64,000 nt of DNA from an uncultured Acidobacteriota bacterium (GCA_963827655.1 CAWHCF010000023.1:320001-384000), one strand, 5' to 3'; shown: positions 53,978-64,000, counted from the first letter of the stretch. Notes: generated by a model not told the origin, from the sequence alone. Program-made: numbers and translations.

Positions 53978-55453
53978 TTGAATCCAATACAGAGTGATCT
54001 GACGCTGCGGTTGTTGAGAAAGGAGATGGGGAATGAGAGACAATCGTCCAAGAGAAAACCGAAATTGAGAAATCATCCATATTCCGTTGCCAAGGCGGGC
54101 CACGCGGCGACCCTGGTGCTTGCCCTCCTATCGATTCTGGTCCCAGCCGTTCTTGCCGAAAGAACCCAACTCAAGCCGGGCTGGAATATTTTCTCGGCCC
54201 AGCAGGACGTTGAGATCGGCCGCGAAGTATCGAAAGACGCCGAGCGCCAGCTCCCGATACTCAATGACAGACGTGTCGATAGCTATCTGAACAAGCTGGG
54301 ACAGCGGCTCGCCGCCAAAGCTCCCGGAGAACGCTACCCGTATCAGTTCAAGGCGGTCAACGATTCCAGCATCAATGCTTTCGCCCTGCCGGGCGGATTT
54401 CTCTACGTCAATCGCGGCGTGATCGAAGCTGCCGACAACGAAGCTCAGCTTGCCGGCGTCATGGGGCACGAAATCGGCCACGTGGCGCTGCGACACGGAA
54501 CCAATCAAGCGAGCTAAGGCCTACGCGTATCAGGTGCCGCTCAGCATCCTGGGCGGAGTCGTGGGAAGTAACTCTATCGGGGGTATCCTGGCGCAGATCG
54601 GCGCGGGGTTTGCGGTCAATTCGGTTCTTCTGAAGTACTCGCGCGATGCCGAGCGGCAGGCTGACCTGATCGGTACCCAGATCCTCTATGACAACGGTAA
54701 CGATCCCCGGGCGATGGCCCAATTCTTCGAGAAGCTGCAGGAAGGGAAGGGGGGACGAGGACCGGAATGGTTCAGCAGCCACCCCAATCCAGAGAACCGC
54801 GTTGGCAACATCACCAAGGAAATCGAAAAGCTGGGCGGGCATCGATCTTATCGAAACGATTCTACTGAATTCCAAGAGATCCAGAGATACGTGCAGTCGC
54901 TGCCTGCGCCCGCGCGAGGCCTCGCCCAACAGCGGCCTCAGCAGCCTGGCGGTCAGCGACCTGGGCAGCCCTCCGGCCGCTTGCAGACCTTCGAGAACAA
55001 TCTCGTACGCTTCCAGTACCCGGATAACTGGCGCGTCTATCAGCAGGGCGACGCGGTTACACTGGCGCCCGATGGCGGAATTGTCAACGACAACCGCGGG
55101 CGCGGGCAGCTGGCTCGCACGGCGTAATTCTGTCGGCATTCGAGCCCCGCCGCGACCGGCACTCCCAGATCACCCTCGAAGCAGCCACCGATCAACTCAT
55201 CGATAACCTGCAGGAGTCGAATCCCGGGATGCGCATAGCTCGAGACCACGGCCAGACGAGAGTCGGCGGCCAGCCGGCGCTCTCTACTCAACTGACCAAC
55301 GATTCCCCTGTCGGGGGAGCCGAAGTCGATTGGCTCGTTACCGTGCTGCGTCCCGAGGGGTTGATCTACTTCGTCTTCGTATCGCCCGAACAGGATTTCC
55401 GCGAATTCAGCCGAGGCTTCGATAACATCCTCAAGACCGTACGCTTCCGATGA
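53978..55453 (+). CDS. M48-family metallopeptidase (BepA-like) with C-terminal domain; frameshifts at about 54514 and 55120
   Basis: INAFALPGG, HEIGH, YSRDAERQAD and SSHP. Confidence 0.88.
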
Positions 55454-55525
55454 CGCCGGGGTTTAGCGTCCTTGGGTCTTCGTGGTAGACTGTGATCCGA
55501 ACAATCACTAGACCGCGAGACCCGA

Positions 55526-56191
55526 GTGGAACCCCGAGTCCAAGTATCGCTCGACGTTACATCCATCGATGAAGCTCTCGAGCTTGCCAGACAGGCCATC
55601 GAGGCCGGTATCGACTGGCTCGAGGCTGGAACTCCGCTGATCCTGGCCGAGGGTTTGCACGGCGTGCGAGCTCTGCGCCATGATTTTCCCGGTATTCCGA
55701 TCGTCGCCGACCTGAAAACCATGGATGGCGGCTACCTCGAGGCCGAGATGATGGCCAAGGCCGGCGCTTCCATGGTGGTGGTGATGGGGCAGGCCCATCC
55801 CGCGACAATCAAGGTCGTCGTAAAAGCAGCAAGAGACTACAACCTGAAGGTCATGGGAGACAACCTGGCTGCCCCGGATAAGGCCGCATGCGCCAGAATG
55901 ATGGAGGATCTCGGCGTCGACTACATCGTCCACCACACCGGCTACGATGAAAGACGAGAGATTACCGCCAGCCCACTCGACGAGCTGGATCGTGTCGTCA
56001 AGGCTGTGTCGATTCCGGTTCAAGCGGTCGGAGGACTTACCATAGAGCAGGCGATCTCGATGCCGAAACGGGGCGCTCCGCTGGTGGTCCTCGGCGCCCC
56101 ACTCGTTATTGATGCGGATTCATTCCGAGCTGCCGAAACCGACCTGGTTTCGATCCTGCGAAATATCGTTCACCGAATCAAGGAGAGTTGA
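55526..56191 (+). CDS. 3-hexulose-6-phosphate synthase / OMP decarboxylase-like family protein
   Basis: VQVSLD, LEAGTPLI, ADLKTMDGGYLEA and HTGYD. Confidence 0.88.
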   Translation: MEPRVQVSLDVTSIDEALELARQAIEAGIDWLEAGTPLILAEGLHGVRALRHDFPGIPIVADLKTMDGGYLEAEMMAKAGASMVVVMGQAHPATIKVVVKAARDYNLKVMGDNLAAPDKAACARMMEDLGVDYIVHHTGYDERREITASPLDELDRVVKAVSIPVQAVGGLTIEQAISMPKRGAPLVVLGAPLVIDADSFRAAETDLVSILRNIVHRIKES

Positions 56192-56194
56192 TCG

Positions 56195-57259
56195 ATGACC
56201 CAGACGATGCCCGCAATCGTTCACTACGAGCACAAAGACAAGGCCGTTGAAATCAGGGAGGTCCCTGTTCCTGAGATCGGGGAGGATGAGGTTCTCCTCC
56301 AGGTTCGTTCGGTGTCAGTGTGCGGAAGTGACGTACATATGTGGCGGAACGTGCTGGGGCACAAACCGCGCGTCCCCGTGATCCTGGGCCACGAATTCTC
56401 GGGCGTCATTGCCCGGACCGGGCGGCGGGTAAGCGGGTTCAAGGAAGGAGATCGCGTGGCCAGCGAGACCGCCGCTGAAATCTGCGGCGCCTGCATGCTT
56501 TGCCGCACCGGTCTGTATAACCTGTGTCCGAAACGCAAGGGATTCGGGCACTACGCCGATGGCGCGATGACTCGCTTTGCCAAGGTCCCGGTTCGCTGCC
56601 TGCACCATCTGCCCGACCGGCTTCCGTTCAGAAGGGCCGCGCTCCTTGAACCTTCCAGCGTTGCTTACCACTGCTCGGCCGTGAATACGCGCGTCCGCCC
56701 CGGTGATTTCGTGGTGATCTTGGGGCCAGGCCCCATAGGGCTTCTGTCTCTCCAGGTCGCTCGGCTCCAGGGAGCAGGGGCGGTTTTCATCTCAGGGATT
56801 GAAGAGGATGCGCCGCGCCTGGAAATCGCAGTTCGACAACTGGGCGCCGATAGAGCGATAAATGGCTCCCACGAGGATCCTGTCGAGGTGGTCCAATCGT
56901 TCAGCGACGGACTCGGGGCCGACATCGTCATCGATGCGGTCGGCATTTCCGCAACTTTGAAGCAAAGCATCGAGATGGTTCGACCCGGCGGGCAGATCAC
57001 CAAGGTAGGGTGGGGACCTGCGCCGATCGGATTCAGCCTCGATCCGCTGGTCGCCAAGGGTGCCACCTTGCAGGGGAGCTTCTCTCACAACTACAAGACC
57101 TGGGAGCGCGTGATCGAACTGGTTACCGATGGCAAGATCAACGTCGACCCGCTGATCAGCCGCGTTGCCCCGCTCGAAGGTTGGCACGAAGCTTTTTCGA
57201 AGATGGAAGAACGGGTCGAAGTCAAGGCGGTTCTGACACCCAACGGACCGGTCGATTGA
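56195..57259 (+). CDS. Zinc-dependent alcohol/sugar dehydrogenase (MDR family)
   Basis: CGSDVH, GHEFSG, CGACMLC..C and GPGPIG. Confidence 0.93.
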   Translation: MTQTMPAIVHYEHKDKAVEIREVPVPEIGEDEVLLQVRSVSVCGSDVHMWRNVLGHKPRVPVILGHEFSGVIARTGRRVSGFKEGDRVASETAAEICGACMLCRTGLYNLCPKRKGFGHYADGAMTRFAKVPVRCLHHLPDRLPFRRAALLEPSSVAYHCSAVNTRVRPGDFVVILGPGPIGLLSLQVARLQGAGAVFISGIEEDAPRLEIAVRQLGADRAINGSHEDPVEVVQSFSDGLGADIVIDAVGISATLKQSIEMVRPGGQITKVGWGPAPIGFSLDPLVAKGATLQGSFSHNYKTWERVIELVTDGKINVDPLISRVAPLEGWHEAFSKMEERVEVKAVLTPNGPVD

Positions 57260-57563
57260 CGATTGACGATTGACGATTTCAGGCCGCGCGTTTTCCTTGC
57301 GTCTTCGGAGTCTACTGTGCGCACCTCGACGCAATGCGACTTCCTTCTCGCTTTCTGTTGGTCGCCTGTATCCTTGGAGGAGGCGCGCTAATCACGCATT
57401 CCGCAAGGGAGAAGCACCCCTCGCATACACACGAGGCGGTTCAGAATCCAGTATCGATTATTGCGAAGGTACCTAACGTTGCAACACTGAGGTGCCGGCT
57501 ATGAACATGCCCGGTACTTCCCTTCGGCTGTGGACACCGCCAAGGCACCACAGAGTGAAATCG

Positions 57564-57812
57564 TCAGTCGTGAAAGAACCAGGGCTGCAGATCAGATTCC
57601 GGCAAGAACCTCGAGGCCTGTCGAAAGATAGCGTGAACCGTTCCAGCGGATAAGGTTTTGTGCAATGGAACGGTAAGGGTCTGTCTTTCCCCGTTGGGCA
57701 GAATCCGACGGAGCTTTGCGTGACTGCCACGCGTTGCGACGACCTCGAACCCAAATGATCTTAGTGCCCTCAGCACCTCCCGGGCTCCAAGTTCCCTAAT
57801 TCGGGGCGGCAT
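57564..57812 (-). CDS. hicA: HicA-family toxin (mRNA interferase)
   Basis: LRSFGF..RGSH, TVPLH..GTVHAIFRQA. Confidence 0.9.
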   Translation of the reverse strand: MPPRIRELGAREVLRALRSFGFEVVATRGSHAKLRRILPNGERQTLTVPLHKTLSAGTVHAIFRQASRFLPESDLQPWFFHD

Positions 57813-58377
57813 CTAACTGCAGCCGGACCTCGTATGTCATTACGAGCCGGGGATTCGTCGTAACGCCAAATATCTCGCGGTCCCCCTCGAGATGAAGACC
57901 GATCGCGTCCTGAAGGTTCGAAACCAGTTCGTCTAAAGTCCTTCCTTGCGAAACGACGGCAACCTCGAGACACTCCCCGACGTAAAAGCCTTCGCTCCGA
58001 TATGTCACAGCATGGATAGCATCCCGTACGACCGTTCCTGGCAGGGTCGTGTATCCGGCCACTTGCTCAGCCACTCTCGGTGCCCCGAGTTGAGATTGAA
58101 AGGACTCAAGGCTCTTTTTCGTCCGACGGAGCTTCTCTTCGGTTCTATATGGGGGAAGGATTTCATAGACACCTCGGCCTAACCTCCGAAAATAGTCCCA
58201 TTTGTGCGGATGATTTTTCGGAGCATTCACGCAACATCGGCTTACAACGTGTGTGCGAACCGAGCGCTCGTTGAGATGCGGCAGGGCCAGTACGACCTCT
58301 GCCAGCGTGAACGTCCAGCCTCCGCGTTCGCGACAAAGCCGTCTGGCTGTCTTCAGCACTTCATGATGGATGGGCAC
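57796..58377 (-). CDS. hicB: HicB-family antitoxin with an extra N-terminal domain
   Basis: C-terminal YVGECLEVAVVSQGRTLDELVSNLQDAIGLHL; overlaps hicA. Confidence 0.8.
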   Translation of the reverse strand: MPIHHEVLKTARRLCRERGGWTFTLAEVVLALPHLNERSVRTHVVSRCCVNAPKNHPHKWDYFRRLGRGVYEILPPYRTEEKLRRTKKSLESFQSQLGAPRVAEQVAGYTTLPGTVVRDAIHAVTYRSEGFYVGECLEVAVVSQGRTLDELVSNLQDAIGLHLEGDREIFGVTTNPRLVMTYEVRLQLDAAPN

Positions 58378-58396
58378 AGTTAACCTGCGCAGAAAG

Positions 58397-58435
58397 TTGA
58401 GACCTCAAACTATACTTGTAAATCATTATTGTCAA
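58397..58435 (-). promoter_or_regulatory. Putative hicBA promoter and operator
   Basis: TTGACA-N17-TAGTTT on the minus strand; palindrome TTGAG-ac-CTCAA next to the -10. Confidence 0.5.
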
Positions 58436-58547
58436 GTTGATTTTTGTGAAGGCGATCGGCTGCCCATGAAGGACGCAGGAAGCTTGGAAGTGACCGCTGA
58501 GACTTATGTGCATCCGGCCTATCTAATTGATTACGGTTCGGTGATGC

Positions 58548-60746
58548 ATGAAAGCCAGACGCACCGCGCGTTCCAGGCGCAGTCCCCTGGTCGCCGCGTT
58601 CATGTTGACTGCATTGACAGGCGCTTTTGTTACCGCATCGCACTCTGCCGAGCCTAGGCCGGCGCGCCTCGAAAAACATACATCCGAAGCCTTCGATCAA
58701 ATCCTCCGGGAAAACGCTCTTTTCTTCAACCTGCTCGTGACCTTCAGCTTCACTCTGGCGGTCGCCGACCCTGAATGGGGCGTGGGAGTCAACAACATCA
58801 ATGTAAATCTGATCACCCGAGCGGTTCGTGATGCGCGCGGCCGCCAGCTGGTTCGCGTCCGTGTGGCCGGCGTCGTGCGCAAGAACCACAACGTCGAACT
58901 CGATGTCCTGAATGACGGCGGAGCGCTCGTCGGAAAAGCCTTTTTCGGCTATTCGTCCGGCCAGATCACTTTCTTCGATCGGGCAAATCAGGCCATCATT
59001 AACGGCTTCATCGATTCCAGGGGAGACTTTCTTCTCGACGACCTGCGTCTGCCCCAGGGAAAACGCGCCCTCTCGAACGGCTTTGTCGATCCGTGCTTCG
59101 ACTGCAGCTATCTGAGTTACGGTTGGTGGGACGCGCTCGACTTTCAGATCGGAGCGGGAAGGATCTATCCCTCCTTCCTTGATGAAAGCCGAGCGCGCTT
59201 GTTCTGGACCTTCGATCGGGGTCGCCTGAACGAAAGCCAGCCGGCTTATGGCGAGGCTGAATACGATCTCATGGGGGAAACAACGGGCTCTATCAACAGC
59301 GTGTTGTTCGACACGGCACGAACTGCCGAGAGCTTTTTCGCCAATCCATACGGTCTGGTCCCCGAACCGGTGGGGAAATCTCTCATTCCCCGATTTGACG
59401 ATGCCAGTGGAATTGCCGTCACTAACCTCTCATCGAGTGACGCAGAGATAACTTATATTGCGCGGCGCTTTGACGGCTCTCTGGTCTCGGACAATGGAAT
59501 CGAGAATCCGGTTACGTACAGGTTTGCGGCCGGTCAGCAATTTGTCGCGTTTCCCTACGAGATCTTTCGATTGAACAGCCAGGACCGGCGTCCCATCCTG
59601 TCGCAAAACGAGGTCGGCTGGATGGAGATCTTCTCCGACGACGGCGATGTGCAATCGATGTTCCTCGATGCCGACTCTGCCGGCACAGCCCTGGATGGAA
59701 ACATTGGAGCGGAGACTGGTGGAACCACTCTGGTTTTCCCTGATCTCCGGCTGGGCGCCGGAGAAAGCACTCAAATCGCGCTCCTGAACCTGAGCTACGA
59801 CGGCCTGACCGTTCACCTGCAATTGCTGAATCGAGAAGGGTCCTTGCTGCGCGAAGAGCGCGAGTTCTTTATCGCCGGATACGGTTCCCGTACTTTCTAT
59901 CTGGGAGAGAGCTCAGAGTTTCTGAGCGTAAACGACCCGAGCCAGGTCGCCAGTCTCAAGGTTAGCTGTGGCGGCCAGAGCTCGAATTGCCCGCGGCTCA
60001 TCGGACTCGCGACTTTCCGGGACAGGTTCAATTCGCTGGCGAGCGCCTATGCCGTATCGGAGGAATCGGCAGGCGCGATACTCGCAGGACCTCATTTTGC
60101 AACCGGACGGAACGGCGACGGCGAATGGGAAACCGTGGTGAGGATCGCGCGGTTGAGCGGAGCGAGGTCTGCAGTGACGATCGATTTGTACGATGCCGGC
60201 GGAAGCAGGCTGCACACGATGGAACAGACGGTCTCGCCCGGAGGACAAGCGAGCTTTGCATTAAACAGTTCTACCCTTCCCTGGAGAGACCGATTCACCA
60301 CAGGCTACGTCCGAGTCCGCGCCGATTCGGGCGCCATCGCCGGAGGCGTCTCGCTAAGCTGGTCCAACGGGCGCGGCTCAATGTCGAGCACCTATCCACT
60401 GGCGAGCCAACTTTCCCCCCTCTTCCATTTCAACCAGGTCGCGCAAGGATCAGCCGGCGCGATCGACTACTGGACAGGGATCGCCCTGGTGAACGAGCTG
60501 GACAGGCCGGTGAACCTTACCGTGAGAGTCCTGCGCGAGGACGGCTCTTTGGATCGATCGGCGGATCTGACCTTGCGACCGCTCGAGCGATATGCTGCCC
60601 TGCTTTCCCAGATCTTTGAAGATTCAAGCTACACGCGTCTCAACGGCTACATCCAGGTCGCTGCATCTGAGCCCATCGCGGCCACCGTCCTCTACGGCGA
60701 TTCAACCAGCCGGTTCCTCTCCGCCGTTCCGGGTATTCCTCGCTGA
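58548..60746 (+). CDS. Hypothetical secreted protein with repeated beta-rich modules
   Basis: Signal peptide; repeats SGIAVTN, TQIALLN and QVAQG..WTGIALVN. Confidence 0.75.
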   Translation: MKARRTARSRRSPLVAAFMLTALTGAFVTASHSAEPRPARLEKHTSEAFDQILRENALFFNLLVTFSFTLAVADPEWGVGVNNINVNLITRAVRDARGRQLVRVRVAGVVRKNHNVELDVLNDGGALVGKAFFGYSSGQITFFDRANQAIINGFIDSRGDFLLDDLRLPQGKRALSNGFVDPCFDCSYLSYGWWDALDFQIGAGRIYPSFLDESRARLFWTFDRGRLNESQPAYGEAEYDLMGETTGSINSVLFDTARTAESFFANPYGLVPEPVGKSLIPRFDDASGIAVTNLSSSDAEITYIARRFDGSLVSDNGIENPVTYRFAAGQQFVAFPYEIFRLNSQDRRPILSQNEVGWMEIFSDDGDVQSMFLDADSAGTALDGNIGAETGGTTLVFPDLRLGAGESTQIALLNLSYDGLTVHLQLLNREGSLLREEREFFIAGYGSRTFYLGESSEFLSVNDPSQVASLKVSCGGQSSNCPRLIGLATFRDRFNSLASAYAVSEESAGAILAGPHFATGRNGDGEWETVVRIARLSGARSAVTIDLYDAGGSRLHTMEQTVSPGGQASFALNSSTLPWRDRFTTGYVRVRADSGAIAGGVSLSWSNGRGSMSSTYPLASQLSPLFHFNQVAQGSAGAIDYWTGIALVNELDRPVNLTVRVLREDGSLDRSADLTLRPLERYAALLSQIFEDSSYTRLNGYIQVAASEPIAATVLYGDSTSRFLSAVPGIPR

Positions 60747-60837
60747 ATCGGCAACCAAAAACCAAATACCGCTAAGACGCGAAGACACGAAGAAATTCGA
60801 AGTCTTTTGAGTCTTGGTGGTAGATTGGTTCTTCGCC

Positions 60838-62511
60838 ATGATCGAGCGTCGCGACTATACCCGAACAAAGTGGAACGGCTGGGGAAGCACAGACAAGTCC
60901 TTTGCGCTGTCGGACCGGCCCGGTTTAGAAGGATTCCTATCGCGGAAGCTCGGGATCTACTACTTCAATCCGGTTCCGGGCGTGGCGCTGTCGGAAGTGG
61001 CGCTTGCGCCGACCCGCCTGACTGATGGAGCGCGCCGGGATCTTGCCGCCATTCTTGGCGAGCAGAATGTCAGGGAAGATCACGAAACGCGAGTTACCCA
61101 TTCCGTCGGTAAATCCTACCAGGAACTGGTAAAGGTGCGGCAGGGAGAGGTGTCGAGCGCTCCGGATGCCGTCATCTTGCCGGGAGGCGCGCCGGAGGTG
61201 CGGGAGATACTTTCATGGGCTTCTCTGAACAGGGCGGCGGTTATTCCCTTCGGAGGCGGAACGGGCACGGTCGGCGGGGTCGAGCCGCGCACCGGGCCGG
61301 CGCAAGAATTAGCCCTCTCGCTCGACCTGCGGCGAATGGACAAAATATTGTTCGTCGATGAAAAGTCTCAGGTCGCCAAGATCGAACCCGGGATTCGAGG
61401 GCCGATGCTGGAGGAAAGCCTGCAGGCGCAGGGACTGACGCTGGGGCATTATCCTCAGTCGTTCGAGTACTCCACGCTCGGAGGGTGGCTAGCGACGCGG
61501 TCGGCAGGTCTGTATTCCAGCCGCTATGGAAAAATCGAGGATCTGGTGATCGGATTGAGCGTAGAGACTCCTGCCGGCTCTATCGATATCCGCGGGGTCC
61601 CGGCGCGTGCGACGGGTCCGGAATTGCGTGAAATCCTGGTCGGGTCGGAGGGATGTCTGGGTGTGATTTGTCTTGCCGAAATGCGCCTTCACCGCAGACC
61701 GGCCGCCCAACAAATCCTGGCCTTCTTGATGCGCGATTTTGAAACCGGCACCTCGGTTGCGCGGGAACTCGTTCAGCAGGATCTCCCGCTCGCTATGGTT
61801 CGGCTTTCGGACGAAGAAGATACCGAGCTGGTCGCTGCGCTCGATCGGCGCGCGGCCGGTCTTGCCCACTACTTGCGCCGCGGCCTGGACAAACTTATCT
61901 CGCAGAGATATGGACTGAGCCGCCCCTGTCTTCTTCTCCTGGGATTGCAAGGTAGCCAACGGCGTGTGGAGGCCGATGTTCGCTCGGTATCGAGATTCAT
62001 GCAAACGTATGATGCTTACGATCTGGGAGACGCCCCAGGGCAAGCATTCAGACGTGACCGGTTCCTCTTTCCGTATTTGCGAGACTCGCTGATGGACCTC
62101 GGTCTTCTGGCAGACACGTTAGAAACAGCCGTGTCGTGGGCCGGCCTTCATCGCTTGCACTCGCAGACACGCCAGGCGCTATCCAGGGTCTGCGCGGAAT
62201 TCGGCGCCTCCTGCGCCATCGGCTCTCAGCTCACGCACGCTTACCGTTCAGGCGCCTCACTGCTGTTCACTTTGCTCGCTCATGTGTCGCAGGGGGATGA
62301 GCTGCAACTCTGGAGAGCCTGCAAGGTCGCGGCTTCCGAGGCGATCATGCGGTCTGGAGGAACCCTGAGCCATCATCACGGCATCGGAGGTCTGCATCGC
62401 GAGTGGATGACACAGGAGCATGGGCCGCTGGGCGTTGCCCTTCTGCGCCATATCAAGGACGCGCTGGATCCGGCGGGAATTCTCAACCCAGGCAAGTTGC
62501 TGCCGGATTGA
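60838..62511 (+). CDS. FAD-binding oxidoreductase, alkyl-dihydroxyacetonephosphate synthase-like
   Basis: KWNGWG, PFGGGT, GHYPQSFEYSTLGGWLATR, GSEG, DTLETA, HHHGIG and LNPGKL. Confidence 0.9.
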   Translation: MIERRDYTRTKWNGWGSTDKSFALSDRPGLEGFLSRKLGIYYFNPVPGVALSEVALAPTRLTDGARRDLAAILGEQNVREDHETRVTHSVGKSYQELVKVRQGEVSSAPDAVILPGGAPEVREILSWASLNRAAVIPFGGGTGTVGGVEPRTGPAQELALSLDLRRMDKILFVDEKSQVAKIEPGIRGPMLEESLQAQGLTLGHYPQSFEYSTLGGWLATRSAGLYSSRYGKIEDLVIGLSVETPAGSIDIRGVPARATGPELREILVGSEGCLGVICLAEMRLHRRPAAQQILAFLMRDFETGTSVARELVQQDLPLAMVRLSDEEDTELVAALDRRAAGLAHYLRRGLDKLISQRYGLSRPCLLLLGLQGSQRRVEADVRSVSRFMQTYDAYDLGDAPGQAFRRDRFLFPYLRDSLMDLGLLADTLETAVSWAGLHRLHSQTRQALSRVCAEFGASCAIGSQLTHAYRSGASLLFTLLAHVSQGDELQLWRACKVAASEAIMRSGGTLSHHHGIGGLHREWMTQEHGPLGVALLRHIKDALDPAGILNPGKLLPD

Positions 62512-62690
62512 CGATTGACGTCAATTGACGATTGACGATTGACGATTGACGATTTAAAAGCGGATCGAGCTTGTTGTTTGCCTCGATCCATTGACGAATG
62601 GCGTGAGTCCACGAGCAACAAATTCCCAAGCTGTTTTTCAATCGTCAATCGTCAATCGTAAATCGTCAATCGTAAATCGTAAATCGTATC
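62506..62690. repeat. Inverted heptamer arrays (GATTGAC)n ... (TCAATCG)n
   Basis: Arrays at 62506-62555 and 62638-62690 are complementary; the same unit occurs at 34241-34275 and 57254-57279. Confidence 0.88.
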
Positions 62691-62698
62691 TAATCGTC

Positions 62699-64000
62699 AT
62701 GATCGTCAACCAAATTGAAGAGATGGATCTGCTTGTGATTGGCGGGGGGATCACCGGCGCCGGAATCGCTCAAGACGCCGCCGCGCGCGGTTTGAAGACT
62801 GTTCTCGTGGAGAAAGGGGATTTTGCCAGCGGCACCAGTTCCAGGAGCTCCAAGCAAATCCACGGGGGACTTCGCTACCTGGAGCATTTCAGCCTGGGCT
62901 TGATGAAGGAATCGATTTCGGAGCGGCACACGCTCACCCGGCTCGCTCCGGGCCTGGTGCGTTGGACCCCATTTCTTATCCCCTACTTTCGAGGCAAGGA
63001 AAAGCGCTGGAGGACTTCACTGGGACTGTGGCTCTATGACAATCTGGCACGCACACCCGCTGGGCTCCGACACCGAGTGCTGAATGCAAGCGAGATCCTG
63101 GGTTATGCGCCGGAGCTCCGGCGCGATGGCCTGTTGGGAGGCGCGCACTTCTATGATTGCCTCACGGATGATGCAAGGCTGGTCCTGTCCCTGGCCCTCG
63201 ACGCACAATCACGCGGGGCACTGGTGTGCAACCATGTGGCTGTGGAGGCGCCAATCCGCGAGCATGGCAAGACTGCCGGCGCGCTGGTTCGCGACGTGCT
63301 CAGCGGGCAAATCGTGGGCGATCCGGGCGCGCCAGGTAGTCGTGGCGACGGGTCCCTGGACCGACAGGACCCTGGACCTCCTGGGGGAAGCCGCAGATCA
63401 CGAAAAAATCCGTCCAGCGAAGGGCGTCCACATCGTGCTGCCGCGCAGCCGGCTGAATCTCAACCACGTTGTACTGATTCCCTCAGTTCGGGATCGACGC
63501 TTTCTCTTTGTTATACCGTGGTACGAGGGCATTGTCGTTGGGACGACAGATACGGAATACCACGAAGCTCCAGACGAGGTAAGGCCCGAGCGCGCAGATG
63601 TCAATTACATCCTGGATGCAATGAATTGGTCCTTCCCCGAGGCGAGAATAGCGGCGGGGGATCTCGTTTGCAGCTATGCCGGCATTCGGCCGTTGATCAA
63701 TGTTCCGGGAAAAGAGACAGCGGATGTTCCTCGCGAGTACAAGTTGTTCGAAACCGAAGGCGGCGTTATTTCCGTCGCCGGCGGGAAGCTGACAACTTAT
63801 CGACGCATGGCCAAAGCCGTGGTGGACCGGGTCGTGCGCCGTCTCAAATCCACGAATAAGGATCTGCTGGTGATGCCCTGCTGGACTCACCGTATCCCGC
63901 TGGGTCATCCCCCGGAGGATGAGTTCAACCCATTCAAGCAAACCGATCTGCCGGAAGATATCCGCAACCATCTAATCGCCGATTATGGCGTCTGGACCGA
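62699..64000 (+). CDS. glpD: FAD-dependent glycerol-3-phosphate dehydrogenase/oxidase; frameshift at about 63315; runs off the window edge
   Basis: IGGGITGAG, DFASGTSSRSSK.IHGGLRYL and DDARL; after the shift ATGPWTD, GTTDT and GGKLTTYR. Confidence 0.92.

Noticed and set aside
16355-60822. CRISPR array from the recurring GAAGACAC repeats
   Set aside because: The copies are dispersed and degenerate, with no regular spacers and no cas genes.
21960-63320. Programmed frameshifts at about 21970, 27608, 51070, 54514, 55120 and 63315
   Set aside because: They are isolated small indels in otherwise intact genes with no consistent slippery motif; most likely sequencing errors.

Overview
GC-rich bacterial DNA, most likely from an Acidobacteriota genome. 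This is inferred from the Oar-type TonB receptor, the CRTAC1/ASPIC, VWA and SBBP proteins and the heptamer/nonamer intergenic repeats. It looks like a long-read assembly with residual indel errors. Main content from left to right: (1) a selenocysteine formate-dehydrogenase-like operon (fdhA with in-frame UGA and SECIS but no N-terminal [4Fe-4S] domain, a NuoE-NuoF fusion and an Fe-S subunit); (2) a CHAD gene joined to a damaged block at 6.15-12.4 kb (C->A-riddled CRTAC1 remnant, frameshifted TPR gene and TonB receptor); (3) transport, metabolism and RNA-maintenance genes (NCS1, DASS, dtd, rnd, ttcA, RluA family, NUDIX, MetE-like, desaturase), including an unusual PfkB kinase-RNase HI fusion; (4) two ECF sigma modules, one with a catalytically dead HtrA-like protein and one with twin divergent promoters and two anti-sigma paralogues; (5) two two-component systems, a HicBA module with an extra N-terminal domain, and an alkyl-DHAP-synthase-like/glpD pair. 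A 235-bp MITE and several dispersed REP-like repeat families are present. No rRNA, tRNA or CRISPR array was seen. All calls are by eye; no database search was run.
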